DNA from: the human T2T-CHM13v2.0 reference genome, Homo sapiens
NCBI RefSeq assembly: GCF_009914755.1
Contig: NC_060942.1
DNA length: 64,000 nucleotides
Reading direction: 5' to 3' (one strand)
Part shown: piece after piece, positions 13,150-27,034 of the stretch
Layout of the letters: each line of letters opens with the position of its first letter
How positions within the stretch are numbered: position 1 is the stretch's first letter
Translations under genes and position numbers: made by a program
Notes under the pieces: model-generated
What the model saw: only the letters and a program-made list of their open reading frames with translations
Databases searched by the model: none
What the model was told of the DNA's origin: nothing

Positions 13150-14720
13150 AAACGGAAGCTCGGGTATTAGGAACGTCGAGAAAGGCAGGCCGAAAAGTTA
13201 GCCCCCTTCTCCTCACCCCTGTCCTCACAGCGGCCCCTTCAGTGGCCTGACTTTTTCTGCGTGGGACCCAGAATGTCGCTTGAGGATGGGACCCCCGCAG
13301 ACCTCCACGCGCTGCCACGCAAACGGCCTCGGCCGAGAGCATTCGCTTTCCAGATGAGAATGGCATCTTCAGGGACCCGCTGGTAGTGGGGCCAGGTCTC
13401 CACAGGGCCGGTCCAGTCCTTCCTACCCACCCGGGCCCTGCGGCCAGGCGGGGCGGATGCCGGAGGGCGCCGGGGGAGGCCGACCCGCGTGGGGCTGGTC
13501 CGAGGGCGGAGGCAATCCGCCGGCGACGCCGCAGGTCCCAGGTGGCTGACGCCGTCCGGGGGCGTTCCTGGGAGCTGGGGGCCGGCGAGGCTGGACCCGA
13601 CGCGCCCGGGAGGAGCCGGCCGGCGGCCACGTGACCCACCGCGGCGGGGCCGGCGGCCCAGAAATAGCAGCGGCGGCGGTTCCGCCCGCGGGCGGCGCGA
13701 GCGAGGGGCAGAGGCGAGAGACGCCGGCGGGGCGCGGGCGCGGCGGCCCCGGAGGATGCTGCTGAGCCCCGGCACTGCCTGGCTGCGAGCACATGATGGC
13801 GATACGGGAGCTCAAAGTGTGCCTTCTCGGGGTGAGTCCTGGCCGCCACCCGCCGGCGGACCCCGGCCCGCGCTCTCGCGCCCCTTCGCTCCCCTATTCC
13901 CTGCGCGCTCAGTCCCCGTGATCCCCTCGCTCTCCGCACCCCTCTCGTAGCCCCCGTCCCCCTCGTCCGCGTGCCCCCTGGTTCCCCGGGTCCCCCTGGC
14001 TCCCCTAGTCCGTGCGCCCCTCGCTCTCCGCGCCCCTCGCTCTCCGCACCCCGCCTGTTCTCCGCCTCCCCGCCGTCCGTGCGCCCCTCTGGTCCGCCCC
14101 CGCTCTCACCCTGCCGGGGTCCGGGTCCGAGCCTGCCCCGGGCTTACTCCGCTCTTTCCTCCCGGCCCGCGAGTCCCCGGATCCGCGGCGACCTCGCGGG
14201 GACCCCCAGCGGGGACGGGGCAGTGGCGGCGAGTCTGGGGCCCCGAGGGCTTTCTCCTCCGCTTTTGATAGTTTCCTTCCGGCAGAAAGTTTAAGTTGCT
14301 CAGCCAAGTCGCTGAGTGCTCTTTTGCCTCCTGGGGGCAATTGATTTACTCACGTAAAACAGAAAAATAAAACCAAAAGCGAACCCAGCCAAGGGGGTGA
14401 AAGCCGAGGGCGCGGCCGGGGTGGAAGGTGAGGCAGTGACCTGTGCGGAGCGCGCCCTGCAAACTTCCCTGCTGCGGGTGAAAGAAGCTGCCTGGGAAAG
14501 TCCTCCCCACCATCACTCCCCTAAAGTGGGGTTTTCTCCGCCCGAAGAAGCCTTAAAGCAGCCAGAAACAAAGAAGCAGTCAATCCGTGCGGCCCGGGGA
14601 CTGCAGACAGGGGACCCGGCGAGGACGCAGGGAGCCGCTGGCGAACCGCCCCTGGGAATTCAGATAAACGTAGGGTCGCTTCCTTTCGGGGGCCCACTCC
14701 GCATTCCAGAATTCCTTCTT
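13150..14720. promoter_or_regulatory. RAB31: CpG island / TATA-less promoter of RAB31 spanning exon 1
   Basis: Very high GC and CpG density against CpG-depleted flanks; GC box GGGGCGG 13450-13456; E-box CACGTG 13628-13633; contains the first coding exon. Confidence 0.93.
13793..13831 (+). CDS. RAB31: RAB31 (Rab22B) small GTPase, coding part of exon 1: MMAIRELKVCLLG
   Basis: Translation matches the RAB31 N-terminus as recalled, up to the start of the P-loop; in-frame TGA at 13763-13765 upstream; consensus donor GGG|GTGAGT at 13832; lies in a CpG island. Confidence 0.95.
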
Positions 14721-15957
14721 CTAAAAGAAGAGCCGGTTCTAAGGGCGTTTTCAGCAGCCATTAGCATCTGGTGTACCCCCCCGTGTCATTGGCAAAGCTG
14801 GTCTCATGAAAACCATTTCCTAAAAAAGGGCAGCGAAAGGGTCGCATTCTTGTGCGAACTGATCTGTCAATATGGGGGTACAAGAACTGTAGAAAGAGGA
14901 AATGATTTCGGTGAGGACTGAATTGTGCCAGCGTCTCTAGGCTTCCTCTAGGCTCTTGTGGAACCTCCGGCAGGCTCCCATCATCGGCTCCCATCACCGG
15001 CCTCTTCCAAAACCATCCCTTACGCTAACTCGATTGTCCGGTTGGCTTAGAATTCCAGAGGATCTGGGAAGGCCCTGCCCTCCCTGCTAGCCCCTGGCAC
15101 AGATCCGCACAGATCCCCACCTCCCCCGACTTGCTCAGCCACAGCCAGGATCTAGTCTGGTCTTTCTCTGTTGACCTTTTTGTGTGGCAGGAGTGGGTTT
15201 TCCTGTTCCCCAGGCCCTCTAATATTTCCAGACATAAATTCCAGGAATCCCATGCTTCCCTCTTGAGGGGCCATTTCAGCCTCAGGAAAGGCCTTCAGAG
15301 ACTTAGAAGGAATGTCGTGTTCCAAGGAATGAAGAGGCAGCCTTGATGTGCCGTGTTTGTCAGGACTGGCCTTGGGAAAGGTGAAATAGGACATATTTTT
15401 GCCTTTTTTTCTGCAACTCTTTTCTCTTGACTTTTACTGAGGTGGTCCAAGCCCTGCCGTGTCACAGGACCCCTTATTTTCAGTTTCGGTGTTTAGGGAC
15501 AGGTCTCTATGTCCTCCTACCAGGACACTGATCAGGTGGCAAGAACCCTGTGTCAAGAGGCAGGAAACCTAGGCTCTCGTTCTTTCCCACCAAAGAGCTG
15601 TGTCGTTTTAGCAAAGCAACTCAGTGGCCTCATCTATGAAATGGGCATAATAACATGTTCCCCCTTTAGGCAGAGGACTACACCAGATGATCTCTTAAGA
15701 TACATGTTACCATTTCCTGCTAATCTATGAGTTCAGGGTGCCAATTAGCAAACCTGGGAGAGGAGGAAGCTGGAGGAAATCTCTTTACTTCTTTTATCTC
15801 CAAGAAAGATACACACTCTTTGAGTGGCTTCCTGCAGACAGTGCCTTACCTTTGCCAGTTCTGTGTGTAGGAATTTGAACTTGGAGTTGGAAGAACCATG
15901 CCAAAGCAGAGAAAGAAGAGGTTTCTGGGCAGACGGAGGCTTTGAAACATCAATCGT

Positions 15958-16271
<314 letters not shown>

Positions 16272-16578
16272 CATCAGTCATATCACACCACATTTGTGGC
16301 TTCCTTTTTTTTTTTTTGAGGGTGGCTGTAAGTTTCAGTTTTATTGAAATCAGAGGACATTTTATTTGAAAGACCAAATGACCTTGTTGTCCACACTGAG
16401 TAAGATTTGCCACATCCCCTCGTTTGGCTGGCTCTTTCCTGGGTGAGATGTGTGCAGCAGGCTGTGTTTCTAGCTGCTCATCCAATTAGGCTGATTCTCT
16501 GGGTGGGATAACATTGAGGGAGATCAAAACCATTTGACTGTCTTCGGTTTACTCTCTTCTCTCTCTCTCTCTCTCCTC

Positions 16579-16692
16579 TTTTTTGTTTTGAGACAAGGTC
16601 ACATTCTGTCATCCAGGCTGGAGTGCAGTGGTGCCATCATAGCTCACTGCACCCTCCAACTCCTGGGCTCAGTGGATCCTTCTGCATCAGCC
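16579..16692 (-). mobile_element. Alu monomer fragment (AluJ/FLAM-like)
   Basis: gagacaaggtc...ggagtgcagtggtgccatcatagctcactgc. Confidence 0.85.
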
Positions 16693-16772
16693 TAGGTTTA
16701 TTCTCTTGATTCGAGAGACCCTGTGGATCAGTCAGTGCTAAGTCCAAAAGTCCTTTAAAAAATATATGTATA

Positions 16773-16988
<216 letters not shown>

Positions 16989-19055
16989 TAACAGGAACCT
17001 TGGGCTCATTTGTGCTTTGCGTAGGGAGGTCTGTCTTTTCTGGGTGAAGTTTTGTGTGTGGCTGGCATTCAGCTTCCTGTTTTTTAGCCATGAGACACCT
17101 CCCTGAAGTCTTGCTATGACCAAGACCCTGACAGCCACACCTTCTTTCTGCCTGTTAGAATCACTTTCTGTCGGGTTTCCCTTATAAGGTGATAGAGAAC
17201 ATAGACTTCATAACAAAATATCACTCTCACTGGGAAGGCTGAGGGGTTGGTCTTTTTGTGCCTGGTACTGTGCTCAGTGGGGACTTGGGGACATGCTTCG
17301 CATTTAAGGTATAGGTTGTTTTAGGCATGGGCAGTAGGCGCTTTCAGCACAGGCTCCCTGCTGGTCACTCTTTGCTGTAGTTTCCTGCTCCATCCATGGG
17401 GTCGGAGGTCTTACCTCCTGACATTAGAGTCATTTGCAGCAGGTGGGAGTGAAAGTGGGCCGGGTGCCAGGTCTTCTTTACCTGAACCTCTCCTGTCTTC
17501 CTGGCACATTAGGAATGTCCAAGCTTATTTCTATTGGTGAATGCTCCCACATGGGATGGATAATGGCCTGTGGAACATTCTCTGAATGCTTTGTGTTCTT
17601 GGAAAACCAAGGACTGAAGAGCGTTGGGTTTGTTTAGGTTACCTGTTATAAATTCTTGGCTCACATTTCATGTGTGGACTTTCTTGGGTTTATTCCACAT
17701 GGGGACAGCCCAGCAAGCCTTTGTGAACGCCCTTTCCTGGCCTGAGCCGAGTCACCTGTGGAAGTCAGCCGTGCAGGAGGGTGTGCTTGATAGGGGGAAG
17801 CACCCTGGGCAGGACCCCATGAGTTTCCTTCTTACCAGGAAAGTGTCATTCGTCCCACTTTGTGATCTGAACTGGTATTATGAAACATGAAGCTTAAAGG
17901 CAACAAAGTATGTTAACAACAACAACAAAAAATACTTAACAAAAACAACACTGAGGCAGCAGCTGCTTCAACCCCAAAGGTGGAAAAGTTTCCCAGTATG
18001 CATTTTTAACACACATCACCATGTGGCAAGAAGCAGGAGGAAGGGAGAGAGTGGGGAGGAGGAGAAAGAGAAGGAGGGGACCTTTGTTTTGTTATCTCCT
18101 TGGGGTATTTGTGTGCGTGCACTTAAAAACTGCTTCCTGATGGAATCCCAAAGAGATTTATATTTGGACTTTGGTTGTCTTGACAACAATTTAGAAATTC
18201 CTACCACTTCCTCAATAGCTGAGTGATCAGTTAAAAGAGCCGATGGCTTCCCTGCTTCTGGTAAGGAGCTTGTTGAAGCATCTTGTGATCTTTGTTGGAA
18301 TGTATATGGTGGCTCATTAAAGAGCAGTCAAATACCTGGGATTTGGTGAGACATCTGGGTAATGGGTACTTCACCTATGTCCAGGGCCTTCGCATGGAAG
18401 GCCTCTTGTCTCCCCAGGGACACTAGGACGCAAGAGTAGAACAGATTTATACTCACAGTAAGGCAGATCATCAGAACTGTGCAACCTCACATGAGTTGCT
18501 ATGAGCACTGTATGACAGAGTATCCAATAAGGTGATAAGAATTTGTTAGTGTTATTGTGGAAGGAAGTAATGCATAGGATAGTGGGTTGGGCTAGGTAAT
18601 GATCACATTTGCTTTCCAAGTCTGAGATTCTAGTAACTTACTATTTTTTCTCCCGAGACTGGCATTTCTTGGGGAAGGGGGATGGTGGGGAGGGTTGAGT
18701 GGCTAGCCACAGCATTTATTTCTTGGCACAACTGATTCCTCTACTAAATTGAACCATTTGTGGAAAGTATGTTCAGCATTGGTGACTCTGGGTACGTTCT
18801 ATGTTACACGAGAATAAATATGATATAGTGGGCTATCTTCCCAGCAGTGCCTGGCATATGGTAACACTGTGTCTTATGCACCCATCCCAGGCTGATGGAA
18901 TCCATCAGGGTCCCTTTGTTCCTCCTTTGTTCAGGGTCAGCATTGCTGCTTTCATCCTCCCTCAGCTTTCAGAGCTCAGTGCATCTCTGGAGTGTGTATC
19001 AGAATCATTTGAGGAGCATTTTCAAGCTTCTCATGGTCCCTTCCCCCATCCCTTA

Positions 19056-19414
19056 TGTCTTAATTTGAGCTGCTGTCACAAAAATACCATAGGCTGGAGG
19101 GCTTAAACAATAGACATTTAATTCTCACAGTTCTGGAGGTTGGGAAGTCTAAGACCAAGGCGCTGGCAGATCTAGTGCCTGGTGAGGGCTCGATTTCTGG
19201 TTTGCAGACAGCTGCCTTCTTGCTGTAACTTCACATGACTGAGAGAGTGCTCGGTCTCTTTCTCTTCTTATAAGGACGCCAACCCCATTCATGAAGGCTC
19301 TACCCTCACAACCTAAGCACCTCCCAAAGGCCCACCTCCTAATATCCTCACATTGGAGGTTAGGCTTCAAAATGGGAATTTTGTTGGAGGGACACAAATA
19401 TTAATTCCATAGTA
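19056..19414 (-). mobile_element. MaLR solo LTR (MLT1A-like)
   Basis: tgtcttaatttgagctgctg...ctcacagttctggagg...cctcccaaaggcccacctcctaata...ccatagta. Confidence 0.85.
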
Positions 19415-19559
19415 CCTTGTCAATAGTGTTCAGGCATGTGGCCTCTACTTTTGCCCTGGCCCAATGACACTGTTTTAGTGAGTGTGATATATCCTTTAGG
19501 TCTGCTCTAAGGCCACAGCCATGAGAAAATAGGAAACTTTACATTTTAAGATGCTAGGA

Positions 19560-19895
19560 CAGTGGTCCCCAACCTTTTTGGCACTAGGGATCAGTTTTGT
19601 GGAAGACGATTTTTCCACAGATGGGAGCAGGAGGCGGGGGATGGTTTTAGGATGAAACTGTTCCACGTCAGATCATCAGGCATTAGTTAGATTCTCATGA
19701 GGAGCATGCAACTTAGATCCCTCACATGCGCAGTTCACAACAGGGTTTGCACTCCTGTGAGAATCTAATGTCACCATTGATTTGACAGGAGGCAGAGCTC
19801 AGCTGGTAATGCTCACTCACTGTTCACCTCCTGCTGTGCAACCTGGTTCCTAACAAGCCATGGGTCAGTACCGCCCCAGGGGTTGGGGACCTCTG
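19560..19895. mobile_element. MER1B-type hAT-Charlie MITE
   Basis: TIRs cagtggtccccaacc...ggttggggacctctg; 8-bp TSD tgctagga / tgctagaa. Confidence 0.9.
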
Positions 19896-20897
19896 TGCTA
19901 GAACGCAAAAGCTTTTGAGTTCACTAATTGGAAAAGACCTTTAAAATTTAATTAAGCCTGGTAGATAACGCTTATTTGGTGTTTGCATGCCTGTGCAGAT
20001 TTTACACTTTCATTTATCTTAGTTTTTATCACTTATGACATGTGTTTGAAAATGGAATAGGTATTCATTCATTCAGCCATTCACCATTTGTGGAGTGTTT
20101 CTTTTATGCTGGGAGCTGTGGGTGGCTGCATGTAGACAGGATGGCAGTGATTGTTGCCTTCCCAAAGACACGAACACACCAGCAGTGAGCTCTGTGGCAT
20201 TGACTGGATTCTTATTATGGTGCTTACCATGGCCCACCATGCGGAACAGAAGTAGTGTGTTGTGATGATGAGAAATACTGACTGTCATCCCGCTTAGTAG
20301 ACTTGACGGCATGGGAGGGACAGAAAGTTCTTGCTCCAGGTCTGTCTTGGGTACCTGCTGTCGCACAGTGCTGTGCTAACTCTGCTAGAGACAGAAAGTA
20401 GGTCAGGCAGGGATCTGGTCCCTGCCTGGGATGGAGAGGCTTCTGGTTGGTTCCTGTGCCACACGCACAGGAACACGGCCCTTGCTGATGGGTGTGAGGC
20501 AGGAGGTGTTGCATGTATAGTGGGATATGGTGGGAGTCAAATACAGCGGGGGCTGTGAAGTGGGGAGTTGGGAAGGTTTCTTGGAGTAGGAAGGATTTGA
20601 ACAGTGCCTAAAGGGACAGGGAAGGAAAGGTGGGTGTGCACTCCAGGCCCTGGCAGGGGGCTTGGATCTCACTGTATTTTCTGGCACAGTCCCTCCCCTC
20701 CCAGCCTGCCCACTCTTCCATTGACACCCCCTACTCCCTGTCTCTCTAGCACTGGGTCTTTTATTTTTAATTCCCTTTGCCCCCTTTTTTTTTTTTTGAA
20801 AAATTTAAAACTTACACAGCAGTTGAAAGGACTATGAATGTCCCCTAGATTCAGCAGGAGTAACATTTTGTCACTTGTCCTTTGTCTCTCTCTCTCT

Positions 20898-21201
20898 CTT
20901 TTTTTTTTTTTTTTTTTGACATGGAGTCTCGCTCTGTCAACCAGCCTGGGGTGCAGTGGCACAATCTCGGCTCACTGCAACCTCCACCTCCTGGGTTCAA
21001 GCGATTCTCTTGCCTCAGTCTCCTGAGTAGCTGAAATCACAAGTGTGCAACACCATGCCCAGCTAATTTTTGTATTTTTTTTAGTAGAGATGGCGTTTCA
21101 CCACGTTGGCCGGCTGGTCTCGAACTCCTGGCCTCAAGCAATCTGCCTGCCTTGACCTCCCAAAGTGTTGGGATTACAGGCGTGAGCCACTGTGCCCAGC
21201 C
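20898..21201 (-). mobile_element. Alu inserted into an old L1M fragment (about 20790-21660)
   Basis: Full dimer; flanks resemble antisense L1M sequence. Confidence 0.93.
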
Positions 21202-22123
21202 TGTCTTTCTGTTTATAAATAATACTAAACATTTTTTTTTGAACCATTTAAAAGTAAGTTGCAGACATGGTGGCACTTTACCCACAAATACTTCAGTATG
21301 TGTCTTTTAGGAAAAAGGGCATTCTCCTATGTAACCACAATACTATGCTCCCATCCCCTAAATTGAACATGAACACAGGGTATCAAACATATGGTCCATG
21401 TTCAGATGTTTCCAGTTGCCCCCAAATGTCCTTTCCAGCTATTTAAAGGGTCCAGTTAGAGATCATGTATTTCATTTGGTTGTCCTGTCTCTTTAGTCAC
21501 TGTGCATCTAAAACAGTTCCCCTTCTTTTTTCCCCATGACTCTGGCATTTTTGAAGAAGCCAGGCCAGTTGTCTTGTAGGCGGTCCCAAGATCTGGAAGT
21601 GTCTGATTGTTTCCTCATTACTTCTTTCAGGTTCATTGTTTGGGTGAGAATACAACGCAGGCGATCTCGAGTGGTCTTATTTTTTAACGTGATCATGTAT
21701 AATATTAAAATACTCTTTCCCACTTATCTCTGTGGCATTTATTTAAAAAAATTTCTTAGCTTCTGCAAGTGTCAGGCAGTGGTGTGTCTGACACAGAACT
21801 TTGACCTCTTGGAGCCTACATTTTAGCAGGAAGGTAGGGAAAATAAATCATATGGTCTGTTAGGAGGTGGTATGTGCTTTATGGGAAAAGAAGGCAAGAG
21901 GTGGGAGTGGGCTGGCGGGGGTGACAATTGAGTGTGCTCAGTGTCTTCAGAGCCCAGGATGGAGGCGTCTGCCTCTTATTTACCCGGGGATTGACGCTGG
22001 TCCTACAGCTTCCTCCTGTGGTAAGCTGCTGAGCTGTGGAGAGGAGAGTATGTCCTGAGGAGCCAGAGTGGTCTTTTTTGTTACCTAACTTTGTCAGCAG
22101 AAATGAGGAAAAGAAAAATGGAA

Positions 22124-22432
22124 TTTTTATTTGAGACGGAGTCTTGCTCTGTCACCCAGGCTGGAATGCAGTGGTGTGATCATAACTCATTATAGCCTCG
22201 AACTCCTGGGCTCAAGTGATCCTCCTGCCTCAGCTTCCTGAGTAGCTGGGACTACAGGCGTGCCACCACACTTGGCTAATTTTCTTTCTTTCTTTCTTTC
22301 TTTTTTTTTTGGTAGAGATGGGGTCTTGCTGTGTTGTCCAGGCTAGTCTTGAATTCATGGGCTCAAGCGATCCTCCCACTTCAGCCTCCCCAAAAATATT
22401 GGGATTACAGGTGTGAGTCACTTTGCCCAGCC
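22124..22432 (-). mobile_element. AluJ-type
   Basis: Dimer with expanded (TTTC)n linker. Confidence 0.92.
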
Positions 22433-22446
22433 AAAAAGTGGGCTTC

Positions 22447-22563
22447 TTTTTTGTTTTTTTGTTTTTTGAGACAGGGTCTTACTCTGTCATCCAGGCTGGA
22501 GTGCAATGGTGCGATCACAGCTCACTGCAGCCTCAACCTCCCAGTCTCAAGTGATCCTCCTGC
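22447..22563 (-). mobile_element. Alu right-arm fragment
   Basis: gagacagggtcttactctgtc...gatcctcctgc. Confidence 0.88.
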
Positions 22564-23249
22564 TTCCGAAAAGTCGGATTTAACATCAGGTCACCAAATG
22601 GGTTTTTCACTGTGGGATCTTTTGATGAGTTTTTTTCGAATACATTTCCTTGGTTTAGATGTCTCAGACCTGCTTGAATTCTCTAGAAGTCATGAATGTG
22701 GCTTCTGTTTGCACCATATTTAACCCAGAAGATATCTTAGGCTACTTTCAGTTCCCCCAGAGGTGCCTAGGAGACTCGAGTTATCAGAAAATTGAAGGGG
22801 CCTGCAGGACAGCAAACAGAACACAGGGAGGTCATTTCCCTTCTATTTTCTCTTCTTTGAACAGGATGTCACAGAGAGCTAGATGCCTTTCTATCAATGT
22901 ATTTTTTTTTGAAGAAAAGGATACCTGCATTCTCCAGGACTACTCTCTGCCTTCATGGAATCACTTTCCTAACTAGGATCTGCAAATATAATGTGTCGCT
23001 CTGGGAGGGAAGGACAGAGGGAGAAAGTGGAGAGAAGAAGAGAGAAAGAGGAGAAGAGAAGAAGAAAGACAGAGAGACACGCACGTACACACACAGACAC
23101 ACGTACACACAGTATGTGGAGTATCACATAAAATTTGCCCACTGCTGGCAAGGAGAAAGAGCAAGGTGTTCTTGTGTGTTTGTTTGTTTTTTAAATAATC
23201 AGATTATTGGCCAGGGCATTTACATTTATGGCAAGGTTAATTAAGAAAG

Positions 23250-23553
<304 letters not shown>

Positions 23554-23626
23554 TAAAGTTCATCTCATGGCATCAATACTACGTAGTTAATTTATACTTC
23601 ATTTTAGCAGCTAAAATATTTTCTGA

Positions 23627-23965
<339 letters not shown>

Positions 23966-23987
23966 TAATTTTTTAAATTATCAAGTA

Positions 23988-24328
23988 GTTTAGTCTTTTT
24001 GGGCTGTTATAGTAAAGCACCATAGACTGGGGGCTGAAAAACAACAGAAATGTATTTCCTTCAGTTCTGGAGGCTGAAAGTCCACCATCAGGGTGCCAAT
24101 ACGGGCAGGTTCTGGTGAGGGCTCTCTAAGGGGTTGCAGACTGAGTCTTCCCATTGGGTAAGGGAGCTCCCTGGGGCCTCTTCCATAAGGGCACTAATCC
24201 CATTCATGAGAGCTCTAGCCTTCTGACCTAATCACCTTCCAAAGGCTCTACCTCCTAGTATTATCACTTTGGAGGTCAGAATTTCAACATACAAATTTTG
24301 GGGATCACAAATATTCAGACCATAACAT
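23988..24328 (-). mobile_element. MaLR solo LTR (MLT1A-like)
   Basis: ttagtctttt gggctgttat...cagttctggaggctg...attcagaccataaca. Confidence 0.85.
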
Positions 24329-24357
24329 AAAGTGATGCATGCTAATTACAATTTGAA

Positions 24358-24638
24358 GGCCAGGCATGGTGACTCACGCCTGTAATCCCAGCACTTTGGG
24401 AAGCCAAGGATGGTGGCTCACTTGAGGTCAGGAGTTCGAGACCAGCCTGGCCAACATGGTGAAACCCCCTCTCTGCTAAAAATACAAAAATTAGCTGAGC
24501 GTGGTGGCGTGCGCCTATAATCCCAGCTACTAGGGAGGCTGGAGCATGAGAATCACTTGAACCTAGGAGGTGGAGGTTGCAGGGAGCCGAGATTGTGCCA
24601 CTGTACTCCAGCCCGGGTGACAGAGCAAGACTCTGTCT

Positions 24639-24704
<66 letters not shown>
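24358..24704 (+). mobile_element. Alu (AluS-type) with A33(TA)16 tail
   Basis: Full dimer; A run 24640-24672, TA run 24673-24704. Confidence 0.95.
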
Positions 24705-24707
<3 letters not shown>

Positions 24708-25201
24708 TTGATCTAATTATGAGGGAGGGGAAATGATCTAGATGTGAAATGATACATGCTGTTGTAGTTTTAGACTGTAGAGGTGAGGAATACAGGATGA
24801 TGGCTTTAATCCCATTTTTTAATAATGACACATCATTGTATTAGCTGGCAATATCCTATTTGTTCTCCTCTTTAGTTTGTTTGTAATCCCACAGCCAAAG
24901 ATAAGTCATCCTGCTTGCCCTCCTTTTCTGTAACACTCACCTCCTCATTTAACTTCTTTTTTTTCTGTCTTTTGTTTCACGTTCGGAGGACGGCTTTATA
25001 TTTTAGGACCAATGTCAACCTCACCATCCTGCCCTGTATTTCTTCTGTTATGTCGCTGCTTTTTTTCTGCCCCTGCAGGATCATTTTCTTCCATCATTTT
25101 AATTTATTTTCTTATTCTCTCCACTTCACACGATGAGTCATCAGCCCGACCTCCTTGAAAGAGGCATCCAAGGCTTCGCTTTTACAGGAAAGTGTTTCTA
25201 A

Positions 25202-25690
<489 letters not shown>

Positions 25691-26651
25691 TGAGGTTTAC
25701 AGTCTAACAATGTCCTTGGCCTGCTAGGGCGTACATGGGAAAAGTTAGGTAACAGTACCAGACATCCCAGTGGGATATCGCCAGATGCTTAGTTGCCAGA
25801 TGTTCAGAAGGTGAGGGCTGGTGGAGTTTGGGGTGACCAGGGAGAGCGTGTGGTGTCTGCTAATGAACCAGAAGAAGGGCTGATGTCAGGTGAGGTGCGG
25901 AGGGGGCGTGTCTGGGAGCCGGTGGGAGTGGCTTCACTTACATGAGACACACACACACAGGGAGAAGGTTCCCCAAGATTCGGTGTCAGAGTGGTTACCT
26001 GCCTGGTGCGGGGGGTAGATTTGGGCCTATAAGTAATTTTCTCTTTTTTTTTTTTTTTGCTTCTCTGTATTGGTTTATTTAGTGAGCATGTATTACTTTG
26101 TGTAATTTTGTTAAAACCTGCAAAATGTGTTGCAGGGGACAAGGAGATGCTTGACAGGGCGAGATCCATTTGGTTCTTACTGGAAATAAGTGGTACACTG
26201 GTAATGAAATTGGAAAGTGACTCTAGGTCCGATTATAAAGGGGTCTTGCAGTTTGAGTTTATAGCTTCGGTGAAATGACAGGTCTGGCATCAACAGGATG
26301 CAGATTTGGCTTAGCAGGTAGTGCTGTGCTTTCACCTGTGCAGGTCGTTCTCTGGGGTCCGTGGTCCATCATGGGAGGGCAGCCACCTCCTTTTGGGGAA
26401 TGGTGACCTCTTCATGGGGTGATATTTGGGCTTTTTCACCATTCTCTGATTTCCTATTCCTCAAAATGGGGTCTAGGAAAGTTATGAGCCTGTCTATCCG
26501 TCTTAGGGTTCTACAGGTTTTCTGTGTGTGGCATATCTGTTTTCTGTGTGCTGTTATTTGAAAAATAAATAAAAGTATATCCTGTATCTTCCAGGTCATC
26601 ATCCTGTCACAGAATTCTGTGTGACAACGTTAACGTCATTAATACTGGCTA

Positions 26652-27000
<349 letters not shown>

Positions 27001-27034
27001 ATAACTGGGGCCATGTGAAGACCATGTGATTCTG

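Noticed and set aside
13148-13950. Long overlapping ORFs (263, 178, 153 and 130 aa) across the promoter
   Set aside because: Stop-codon scarcity in a very GC-rich CpG island; low-complexity R/A/P/G translations with no recognisable domain; most start at non-ATG codons
14397-14921. 174-aa ORF in the CpG island shore
   Set aside because: GTG start, no recognisable family, intronic position; likely chance
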